Source: Octopus sinensis (Eukaryota). From it: DNA of 12,014 nucleotides. Made by a program: the position numbers and the translations under genes. The notes under the pieces are model-generated. The model did no database searches. It was not told the DNA's origin and worked only from the letters and a program-made list of their open reading frames with translations. This document shows, piece after piece, positions 1-8,340 of this stretch (position 1 is its first letter; every line of letters starts with the position of its first letter). The stretch is from positions 1 to 12,014 of the forward strand of contig NW_021826804.1 of the NCBI RefSeq assembly GCF_006345805.1. The letters run 5' to 3'.

Positions 1-150
1 TGAGAAACGTCGAAGTCCTTCGACGCACAAGGACCGTTTTAGGGAAGATTTTAAGCGGTATAAGGAAATAACAAGCTCTGTTCATTGGGCGACATTGTGA
101 GAAGATAAAAGCCTTGAGCACTTCATGGCAACTGGGAAACAGGAAAGAAC

Positions 151-1020
151 CTAGGGTAGAGAGAGAGGGGGGGAGAGAAGGGAGGGAGAGAGGGAAAGAG
201 AGCAGGGGAGGGTGAGGGAGCGGGAAAGAGAGAGAAAGGGACAGAGAGCAGAGGAGTGAGGGAGAGCGGGAAAGAGAGAGAGAAAGGGAGCGCGGAAGTG
301 AGAGAGAGAGAGAAGGGAGGGAAAGAGGGAAAGAGAGCAGGGGAGGGTGAGGGAGCGGGAAAGAGAGAGGGAAAGGGAGCGCGGGAGTGAGAGAGAGAGA
401 GAGAGAGAGAGAAAGGGGAGGGAAAGAGGGAAAGAGAGCAGGGGAGGGTGAGGGAGCGGAAAGAGAGAGAGAAGGAGCGCGGCGGGAGTGAGAGAGAGAG
501 AGAGAGAAAGAGGAGATAGGGAAAGAGAGCAGGGGAGGTGAGGGAGCTGGAAAGAGAGAGGGAAAGGGAGCGCGGATTGAGATAGAGAGGAGAGAGAGAG
601 GGAGGGAAAGAAGGGAAAGAGAGGCAAGGGAGAGGGGAGAGGGTGAGGAGCGGGAAAGAGAGAGAGAAAGGGAGCGCGGGAGTGAAGAGAGAGAGAGAGA
701 AAGAGGGAGATAGGGAAAGAGAGCAGGGGAGGGTGAGGGAGCGGGAAAGAAAGAGAAAGGGACAGAGAGCAGAGGAGTGAGGGAGAGCGGGAAAGACAGA
801 GAAAGAGAGCGCGGGAGTGAGAGAGAGAGAGGGAGGGAGATCGGGGGAGGGAGGGAGAGAGATCAGAGGAGGGTGAGGGAGCGGGAAAAGAAAGAAAGGG
901 AGAGAGCAGAGGAGGGAGGGAGAGCGGGAAAGAGAGAGAAAGAGAGCGCGGGAGTGAGAGAGAGAGAAAGAGGGAGAGAGCGGGGGAGGGAGAGAGAGAG
1001 ATAGAGAGAGAAAGAGAAGG
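151..1020. repeat. Polypurine (GA-rich) degenerate minisatellite, ~90-135 bp units
   Basis: The + strand is almost only G/A. The anchor GGGAAAGAGAGCAGGGGAGGGTGAGGGAGCGGGAAAG recurs at about 192, 327, 428, 519, 613 (variant) and 713, separated by variable (GA)n. Confidence 0.9.
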
Positions 1021-1140
1021 AAGCTGATGACCTTATTAGGTGGTTTCCGAAATCTCGGCCAAATGACGTGTTTAGTTCAATGTGGAATAACGGGAGGGTC
1101 GAAATCCCTGATCGGTGAGGCCTGTTGGTGCGGCACGTAA

Positions 1141-1379
1141 ATATGTATATGGGTATGTATGAATATATTTATGTGTATATGTATGTATGTACGTTTTATG
1201 TATGTATGTATGTATGTATGTACGTATGTATGTACGTATGTATGTACGTATGTATGATTGTATGTATGTATGTATGTATGTAGTATATATGCACGTATGT
1301 ATGTTTGTATGTATTTATGTATGTGTGTATGTATGTATGTATGTATGTATGTATGTATGTATTTATGTATGTATGTATG

Positions 1380-1410
<31 letters not shown>

Positions 1411-1760
1411 GTATGTATGTATGTATGTATGTATGTATGCATGTATATATGTACGTATGTATGTTTGTATGTATTTATGTATGTATGTATTATTTATGTA
1501 TGTATGTATGTATGTATGTATGTGTGTATGTGTGTAAGTTGTGTGTTTTAAGTATGCATGCATATATGTATGTATGTATGTGTATGTATGTACGTTTTAT
1601 GTATATATGTATGCATGCATGCGTGTATGTATGTTGTGTTTTATGTATGTAAGTGCATGTGTGCGTGCACGTGTGCATGTATGTAAGTATGTGTGTATGC
1701 ATGAGTGTAAGTCGTGTGTTTTATGTATGCATGCATATATGTATGTATGTATAAGTATGT
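1141..1760. repeat. (TATG)n microsatellite, degenerate
   Basis: Long run of TATG units with substitutions; it explains the MYVC/HTYI ORFs. Confidence 0.95.
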
Positions 1761-1762
1761 AA

Positions 1763-1977
1763 AGTTAATCCAAACAAGAAAGCACAAAAAAGAACACAAC
1801 AACGCAAGGACGTGGAACAAATATAGTATTATTGGACGCTCAGGAAAGAAGGAAAGAAGGAGGATTTAACGTTTCGAGCGGAGCTCTTCGTCGGAAACAT
1901 AAGAGAAGGAAAGATCCAGAGAAGGGAAGACGGAGGAAAAAAAATCGCCAACGGTACACACGAGGTCACATTTTGAA
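1763..1977 (-). mobile_element. Penelope-like element terminal (pLTR) fragment
   Basis: Non-coding island between microsatellites carrying a minimal hammerhead-type motif on the minus strand (CCGACGA-A-GAGC/TCC/GCTC-GAAACGTT), the hallmark of PLE pLTRs. It resembles a recalled octopus repeat. No coding sequence confirms the class. Confidence 0.6.
1864..1898 (-). ncRNA. Minimal type I hammerhead ribozyme-like motif with variant core (U4C)
   Basis: Minus strand reads GUUU CCGACGA A GAGC UCC GCUC GAAA CGU U AAAU: helix I GUUU/AAAU (4 bp including G-U), helix II GAGC/GCUC, palindromic helix III ACGU, putative GUU cleavage triplet. Confidence 0.55.
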
Positions 1978-1980
1978 AGT

Positions 1981-2230
1981 GTAAGTGTAAGTATGTACGT
2001 ATTCGTGTATGTATGCGTGCGTGCATGTATGTTTGTATGCTTATAGGTATGATATATTTGTCTATGTATGTTGGGATATATGGCTGACTGGCTGGCTGAA
2101 TGAATGGGTGGATGGACGGATGAACGGGTGTTAACGCTTAGGTTTCTCCGCATGAGAATGCATGTTTATGTATATGAGGAGGAAGTAGAAAGACAAAAGA
2201 AGAAATAGAGAAAGAGAAAGAGAGAGGAAC

Positions 2231-2273
<43 letters not shown>

Positions 2274-2300
2274 AAAGAGAGGGCGAGTGGAGGGAAGTAA
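1981..2300. repeat. Compound degenerate microsatellites (TATG, TGGA, GT, GA)
   Basis: Visible short tandem units, including (GT)n(GA)n at about 2231-2270. Confidence 0.8.
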
Positions 2301-2309
2301 CTCTCTTAC

Positions 2310-2378
2310 AAATACTGTAACATTTTCCACTTGTTGTTTCACATCATTAAAAACCAGTTTGATCTGAAATTTGTCGAC
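2310..2378 (-). CDS. Candidate 69-nt internal coding exon (VDKFQIKLVFNDVKQQVENVTVF), gene unknown
   Basis: Minus strand: T-rich tract TTTTTTGTTTTTGAAG|GTC...TTT|GTAAGA. Only one of three frames is open, the length is a multiple of 3, and the peptide is not low-complexity. No homology recognised. Confidence 0.35.
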
Positions 2379-2543
2379 CTTCAAAAACAAAAAACTGTGG
2401 TAGATAATTAACAAATTATCGCGGCACAATAAGATCTAGATGTCTGAATTTTTTCCCGTAAATAAAGTAAATAAAATAAATGAATAAATAAACGTAAATG
2501 TATTTTGGTTATGTCATTGATATTTCATTATATAAACAAAAAC

Positions 2544-3132
2544 ACCGGTATATTCCGTACAGACCAGATGGAAAATTACAGACGTCAAGAGGCAGTGATC
2601 AAACGTCGAAGGCGCAAGGGGAGACTCGCTTTTTCTCATCCCCCACCAACTCTGCTCCGCGATAAATGCACCAAGGCCTTCTATACCGGCCTTGACCTGA
2701 CCAGTCACTTCAGGCACCGACACCCTTTGCAACCTTTGCGACTGTTTGTTCCTTCTTTGGCCATGCCTGGCTCATCAGGGCCAGCTTCCCGGTTTCCTTG
2801 GCGTATAGGTTCCCCACCTGGACGGGACGCCGGTCCGTCGCAGGTGAGCTGCAAGATGCAGGAGGAAAGAGTGAGAGAAAGTTGTGGCGAAAGAGTCAGC
2901 AGAAGTTCGCCATTACCTTCTGCCGGAGCCGCGTGGAGCTTAGGTATTTTCGCTCATAAACACATACATCACCCGGTTTGAGATTCGAACCCGCGATCCC
3001 TCGACCGCGAGTCCGCTGCTCTAACCACTAGGCCATGTGCCCCCACAACCTTTGCGATGAAGGTACTAAATCACTGGCTATCGATCTACTACTCGGATAC
3101 GAGGTAAACGCCGACGAAATAATGATAATAAT
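2544..3132 (+). mobile_element. 5'-truncated RTE-clade (BovB-like) LINE 3' end, interrupted by a SINE
   Basis: Translation ENYRRQEAVIKRRRRKGRLAFSHPPPTLL(R)DKCTKAFYTGLDLTSHFRHRH matches the basic KRRRRK stretch plus terminal C2H2 finger of RTE ORFs (first Cys codon appears as CGC). Removing the SINE and one TSD gives ...HPLQPLR-TGA (3058-3060), a short 3' UTR and an (ATA)n-like tail at about 3119-3132. Confidence 0.75.
2742..3045 (-). mobile_element. Full-length tRNA-derived SINE with V-domain-like core
   Basis: A box TGGCCTAGTGG (3025-3035), B box GGTTCGAATC (within 2981-2991), central CCTGCGACGGACCGGCGTCCCGTCCAGG, and a perfect 12-bp TSD CAACCTTTGCGA at 2730-2741 and 3046-3057. Confidence 0.9.
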
Positions 3133-3494
3133 TACAGCGAAGAAAACTTGATAATGATACGGTGCTAATTAGACAGTGAAATTAAAAGAAGGTGCTATAG
3201 AAAATGGAAGTTAACACTTTGGATAGAGAAGAGTATGTCTAAAATGACTGAACAGAGATTTGTAGATCAAGCTAATGCTATTAGGAGAAGAAAGTGGATG
3301 ACAGAATTGGAGGCAGAAGAGATCAGAAGAGAACTGGAAAAGAAAGACCAGGCAGTGGGAAAGTTAAACAACAACATAAGTGATACAGCTCAAACCAAAG
3401 AAGAACCTAGGAAAAAATAATAACGCTACCAATAAGGAAGATACAACTGGCACCAGCGACTTAAGCGATTTAAGTGAGGAAGATCAGAAGATTT

Positions 3495-3924
3495 GGATCT
3501 TTTCAGTTTGAACGGTGGGTTTTTTCTAGCAGTATCATATGAAATTGTCACCCATAATTATGACCCTAGTATCGATCTATTGCATTTCAATGTGTTTTCG
3601 GGTTAGGGTTAGTTAGGGATAGGGGTGGGGGGAAGGGTATCTTTTTTTCTTCACAAATGTAAATAAACCCAATCTGTTTCTTAAACGAGGGACATATTCA
3701 TACGGCACAGAATGCTTTTTTAACTCAATAGTCGTCAGTGATTGGTTGAAATTGCAGAAATTGAAGAAAAAACAACAACAAATATCTTACAAACTGTAGA
3801 ATTTTCTCAATAAAACCAAGAGAAAAAGATGTTTTATAAACACATTCTACCAGTATATGAAGTTTAGAATTTTTTAGTTACCTAGAAATTATGTTAAAAA
3901 CTGCCGTTCAAACCGAAAAGATCC
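3495..3924. mobile_element. 430-bp non-autonomous DNA transposon (MITE) nested in the R4/Dong element
   Basis: TIRs GGATCTTTTC(A/G)GTTTGAACGG (20/21 match) and 8-bp TSD GAAGATTT (3487-3494, 3925-3932). Excision restores the host frame DLSEEDQKILDELQEVISRE. Confidence 0.9.
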
Positions 3925-4875
3925 GAAGATTTTAGATGAGTTGCAGGAAGTAATAAGTAGAGAAGTAAGAAAAAAATTGCCGGCATTAAAAAGCATCAAC
4001 AGACGGAAGCTGCTAGAAATGTCTAGGAAAGTAGATTCTGTTATCAGTCGGATAGATACTAAAAATACAGGAGACATTAACTTATTGATCTATGCAGGAG
4101 AGGCAGTAGTCACTAGAAGATTAGATATTCATCAAGGAAAGATTAAAAAAAGAGCAAATGTGGAAAAGGAAACTACAAAATAAAGTGAAGACTTTAAGAC
4201 AATATCTGAGTAGAAAAGAAGCCTGGGAACTGAACAAGTTAGGAAACACAAGATGCAAATCTTACCTTTAGAAAAGATATTTAATCAGAGAAAGGATTTG
4301 GGACAGTAATATAGGAATTGAAACAGCGTATCATAGCAGTAGTAAGTAAGCTCTCCAGTTATCAGAAAAGAATAAATTAGTATCAACAGAATAGATTATT
4401 TGAGACAGACCATAGGAGATTTTATAACCAAATAAATAGTGGAGAATGAAGAACTGAATATGGGAAACCTAACGGGGAGGAAGCTAGAAAGTTCTGGAGT
4501 AAGTGGGATAAGCCAGACAATCGTAATGGAGATACAGTACGGTTAAAGAAAGTGATTTAAGAAATAGTGAGAGAGAAGCAGCCAGATCTAAGACTAACTA
4601 GTGCATCAATGAGTGTTAGGGAAATGCTGAAATGGAAGTGTCCAGGACCAGATTTAGTTCAAGAGTACTGGCTAAAGAAATTTAGTAGGTTACGTGGGAG
4701 ACTGAGGGAACAGTTTCAGGATTGCCTTAATGGAGGAATAATGCCAGATTGGATGACTAGAGGGAGGACAATATTCATTATGAAAGATAAGAGCAAGGGT
4801 AATTCAACTAGCAACTATAGACCAATCACTTGCTTACCATTAGTGTGAAAGTTGTTAACAGGAATGCATTCAGAA

Positions 4876-5008
4876 AGCGGCGAGCTGGCAAAGGCGGCGA
4901 GCTGGCTAAGGCGGCGAGCTGGCTAAGGCGGCGAGCTGGCTAAGGCGGCGAGCTGGCTAAGGCGGCGAGCTGGCTAAGGCGGCGAGCTGGCTAAGGCGGC
5001 GAGCTGGC
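4876..5008 (+). repeat. 17-bp tandem array GGCGGCGAGCTGGCTAA (7 units plus the real SINE head)
   Basis: Units start at 4876 (variant), 4893, 4910, 4927, 4944, 4961 and 4978 (these six identical), followed by the SINE head at 4995. No spacers. Confidence 0.95.
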
Positions 5009-5197
5009 AGAAACGTTATTTCGTCTGCCGCTACGTTCTGAGTTCAAATTCCGCCGAGGTCAACTTTGCCTTTCATCCTTTCGGGGTCGATTAAATAAGT
5101 ACCAGTTACGCACTGGGGTCGATGTAATCGACTTAATCCGTTTGTCTGTCTTTGTTTGTCCTCTCTGTGTTTAGCCCCTTGTGGGTAGTAAAGAAAT
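4876..5197 (+). mobile_element. tRNA-derived SINE nested in the R4/Dong RT, with tandemly amplified 5' end
   Basis: Head GGCGGCGAGCTGGCAGAAACGTTA, B box GTTCAAATTCC (5042-5052), core CTTTGCCTTTCATCCTTTCGGGGTCGA. TSD AGGAATGC(A/T)TTCAGAA at 4860-4875 and 5198-5213. Removal restores LLTGMLSECIYEHLDNQNLLPKEQ. Confidence 0.9.
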
Positions 5198-5479
5198 AGG
5201 AATGCTTTCAGAATGCATTTACGAGCACCTTGACAACCAGAATTTATTGCCAAAAGAACAGTAAGGTTGCAGGAAGAAGGCGAGAGGAACGCATGATCTC
5301 TTATACACAAACGAATCAGTTCTAAATGAAGTAAAAGCTAGAAACAAACTAACAATAGCATGGATAGAATATAGGAAAGCCTATGACATGATCCCACACT
5401 CGTGGATATGTGAATGTTTGAGTTCATTTAGTATAGCAGACAACATAAGAGAATTAATTAGCTTTAGCATGAAGAAATG

Positions 5480-5660
5480 CTCTACTCAGGTGACACACAC
5501 GTGTGTGGCGAGAGGTGGGAATTAAGAATGTTTCGTGTGCGTGCTTGAAGTGCATTGGCGTCCCGTCCAGCTGGGAAACATATACGCCATAGAAACCGAG
5601 AAGCCGGGCCCATGAGCCTGGCTAGGCTTTAAAAGGGCGCATTTATTATTTATTTATTAT
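5480..5660 (+). mobile_element. 3' part of a second V-domain-like SINE
   Basis: GGCGTCCCGTCCAG (5557-5570) is identical to the minus-strand motif at 2818-2831. It is followed by TATACGCCATAGAAACCG...ATGAGCC and a (TTTA)n tail; no tRNA head. Confidence 0.65.
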
Positions 5661-5871
5661 AGGTACAAGGCCGGAATTTTTTGCGAGGGAGAGAATGGGG
5701 CGGAGGGCTGATGTAATCGACACTAGTGCTCAAATGGAAATTGTTGTATAGATCTCGAAAGGATGAAATGCAAAATCAATCTAGGTGGAATTTGAACTCA
5801 GAATGTAAAGGCAGAAGAAATGTCTTCAAGTATTTTGTCCGGTGAGCTAATGATTCCGCCAACTCACCGCC
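5661..5871 (-). mobile_element. Diverged SINE, same head/core family as 4995-5197
   Basis: Minus strand GGCGGTGAGTTGGCGGAATCATTAGC...TTCTGAGTTCAAATTCC...TTTCATCCTTTCG aligns to the + strand copy. Confidence 0.8.
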
Positions 5872-5883
5872 TTTCTTTTTACT

Positions 5884-6045
5884 ATAGGCACAAAGCTTGA
5901 AATTTTCGGAGATCACAACGACCTCAGAGCTCGACTCGTACTTCTTTTATCGACTCCGAGATGAAAGGCAAAGTCGATCACAGGGCAATTTGAATTAGAC
6001 CGTAAAGGGCTGGAAAAAAATGTCGCTAAACATTTTGTCCCGGGT
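5884..6045 (-). mobile_element. Highly diverged SINE copy (same family)
   Basis: + strand TATAGGCACAA...TTTTATCGACTCCGAGATGAAAGGCAAAGTCGA...AATTTGAA is the reverse complement of the family tail, core and B box. Confidence 0.65.
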
Positions 6046-6077
6046 GCAGACACGAACGGAACTGGATATCCTTTCTA

Positions 6078-6215
6078 CGATAGGCACAAGGTCTGAAATT
6101 TTGTGGGAAGGGGGACCTCAGTGGTCAACTGGTATTTATTTTTATCGACCACGAAAGGATGAAAGGCAAATTTGAACTCAGAACGAAACGGAACACAATA
6201 CTAGGAAATTTTTCA
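6078..6215 (-). mobile_element. Highly diverged, internally deleted SINE copy (same family)
   Basis: + strand ATAGGCACAAGG...TTTTATCGACCACGAAAGGATGAAAGGCAAATTTGAACTCAGAACG. Confidence 0.65.
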
Positions 6216-6691
6216 GCCGAGTGTTCCACTGGGTCTATCTACACAATGTCCCCCTTATAACAGCTTGTGTGAATGTGTGTGTGTGTGTGCGCGCAAGTGA
6301 GCTCATGTGCGTATGTGACCTTGTACATATCTCTTTGTACGTATATTCACATATACCAAAGTACACATGTAAATACGCAACCATTGTCATACCCGTTACT
6401 TTTGAATTCTTAATCATCAAATGGAACAATAAACAATTATAATTATAACTATAATTATAAATTCTTTTATAATAAATTAGCGAAAAGAAAACCAACAAAA
6501 AAACAAACACTAAATATCGTTAGGAAAAGTACGAAACAGAGGAGGGAAAAAACTAGTAAATCTGGTTGTAGTTCGGGTTAAGTCAGTACTTGACATTCAA
6601 AGTAAACTAGAGATGAACCTTGTGACGTGTTTTTATTGATTTATATTATGTCATTTGTACAAAGAGACAAAGGACTCGCCTCTTAACTCAC

Positions 6692-6767
6692 ATAACGAGT
6701 TTCTCACACAAATAACTTGTAAGGAACAAGAGAGGAATATTTCCCAAAATTTCGGCATTTTAGGAAT
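6692..6767 (-). other. Candidate 76-nt exon (frame 0: IPKMPKFWEIFLSCSLQVICVRNSL)
   Basis: Minus strand TTTGTGTTTATAG|ATT...TTAT|GTGAGT, with canonical acceptor and donor in non-repetitive sequence. No homology recognised. Confidence 0.25.
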
Positions 6768-6907
6768 CTATAAACACAAACGATTTGCTCACGTTTTCGT
6801 GTGGTTTTATGTATTTTAAAAAAAAAGTTTCTTTAAGGCTTGTATCTGTTGAAACATGTTTGTGTGCACTTAAAATTTGTGTAAATGCATAAGTCTGAGC
6901 GTGTAAG

Positions 6908-7064
6908 CGTATATATATATATATATGTATGCATCTATCTATGTATGCATCAATATATATATATATATATATGTATGCATCTATCTATCTACATACATAC
7001 ATATATACACACGCATATACATCAATATATGTGCATATATACGTATGTATTTGTGCGTATATAA

Positions 7065-7095
<31 letters not shown>

Positions 7096-7362
7096 TATGT
7101 TGGCCTGCTCGCTTAGCCAGCGGGGTGGCGTCATTTGAAGGCTAAAACAATGCGAAGCGCATTGTGACCAGCGATGTGTTGCAACATCTGATAGCCTGAT
7201 CGGTCACGGTGATCACGGTGATATATATATATATATATATGTATGTTTATATATATATGTATTTATGTGTGTGTATGTGTATGTATGCATCTATCTATCT
7301 ATCTATCTATCTATCTACCTATCTATCTATCTACATACACACACATACATCAATATATGTGC

Positions 7363-7407
<45 letters not shown>

Positions 7408-7429
7408 ATGTATGTATTTGTGCGTATAT

Positions 7430-7484
<55 letters not shown>

Positions 7485-7485
7485 T

Positions 7486-7516
<31 letters not shown>

Positions 7517-7524
7517 ATGTATAT

Positions 7525-7572
<48 letters not shown>
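6908..7572. repeat. Compound microsatellite field (TA, TATC, TG)
   Basis: Direct inspection; interrupted by a unique island at about 7099-7222. Confidence 0.95.
7099..7222. mobile_element. Interspersed repeat fragment of unknown class
   Basis: GC-richer 120-bp island (GGCCTGCTCGCTTAGCCAGCGGGGTGGCGTC...GTGATCACGGTGA) embedded in (TA)n. Resembles a recalled octopus repeat; no diagnostic motif seen. Confidence 0.4.
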
Positions 7573-7629
7573 ATAAAATTTAATTTTTGCCGTTTGATAT
7601 GCTCTTTACTTCCGCTGTAGCAACAAGAA

Positions 7630-8022
7630 TGTACACGTGCGCGCACACACATACACACACACACACACATGTATGTAACATAGGAATGTTCTCATATTGA
7701 TTTAGTTTCAACGTCAGCCCAAGGTCTTCGGTCACGTGTCCTCCTGTGGAATATTCCGATGACACAGATGTACCTTGTGTGGGCTTACCTGAGCTCACAC
7801 GCATACACACACACACACACACATACACAAACATGCATATACACACACACGTAATAAACACAGATGTGCAACACGCACAGCCTCACGCTTCAACATGTGC
7901 GCACAAATATAAAAAATAACACACGTGTGTATAATCATCCCATACATACGCATTACACTGAATGTGTATAAACGTCTATATATATATATATATATATATA
8001 TACATACATCCATACATGCAAT

Positions 8023-8055
<33 letters not shown>

Positions 8056-8340
8056 TATACATACAATACATACATACATACATACATACATACATACATA
8101 CATACATACAAACAATACATACATACAAACAATACATACATACAAACAATACATACATACATACATACAAACATACATATATACACCCACATGCGTAATA
8201 AAGAATAGTGTTACCAACTTTTGCATTACTTTCGGGGTAACCCTCGTGTATGTGTGTGTGTATGTGCGAGTGTGTGTGTGTGTAATTTCCTTCGCTTTTC
8301 TCTCCTCCCCCCTCTCTCTCTCTCTATATATATATATCCA
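7630..8340. repeat. (CA)n, (TA)n, (TACA)n, (TG)n and (CT)n microsatellites with short unique islands
   Basis: Direct inspection. Confidence 0.9.

Larger units (their letters stand above)
3133..5479 (+). mobile_element. Decayed R4/Dong-like non-LTR retrotransposon (N-terminal region plus first part of RT)
   Basis: Peptides TEQRFVDQANAIRRRKWMTELEAEEIRR; KWKCPGPDLVQEYWLKKF; MPDWMTRGRTIFIMKDKSKG..SNYRPITCLPL; LLPKEQ*GCRK; AWIEYRKAYDMIPHSWI are typical of R4/Dong-clade RT. Many stops and frameshifts; ends abruptly mid-RT. Confidence 0.85.

Noticed and set aside
4-25. GAAACGTC plus 8-bp inverted repeat CGTCGAAG/CTTCGACG at the window edge
   Set aside because: Could be the 3' half of a hammerhead or a chance hairpin; the required upstream core is outside the window.
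1021-1060. CTGATGA...GAAA motif
   Set aside because: No helix II closes directly onto GAAA (C opposite C) and no matching helix I or III was found.
1077-1121. Possible 39-nt + strand exon (TTTAG|...ATCG|GTGAGG)
   Set aside because: No polypyrimidine tract; more likely a repeat 3' end leading into the (TATG)n tail.
151-1762. ORFs such as MPLFPFF..., MRESGK..., MHTYIH..., MYVCMY...
   Set aside because: Translations of GA-rich and TATG repeats that lack stop codons by composition.
2742-2790. Hammerhead-like CTGATGAG-CCA-GGCA-TGG-C on the minus strand of the SINE tail
   Set aside because: Followed by CAAA rather than GAAA, with no helix III or NUH site; better explained as a LINE-derived 3' stem-loop.
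2960-3045. tRNA gene
   Set aside because: A and B boxes are present but continue into a SINE body bounded by a TSD; no complete cloverleaf acceptor stem.
3600-3620. Interstitial telomere
   Set aside because: Only two to three TTAGGG units, located inside a MITE.
4876-5008. CRISPR-like array
   Set aside because: Units are contiguous with no spacers, derive from a SINE head, and sit in eukaryotic context with no cas genes.
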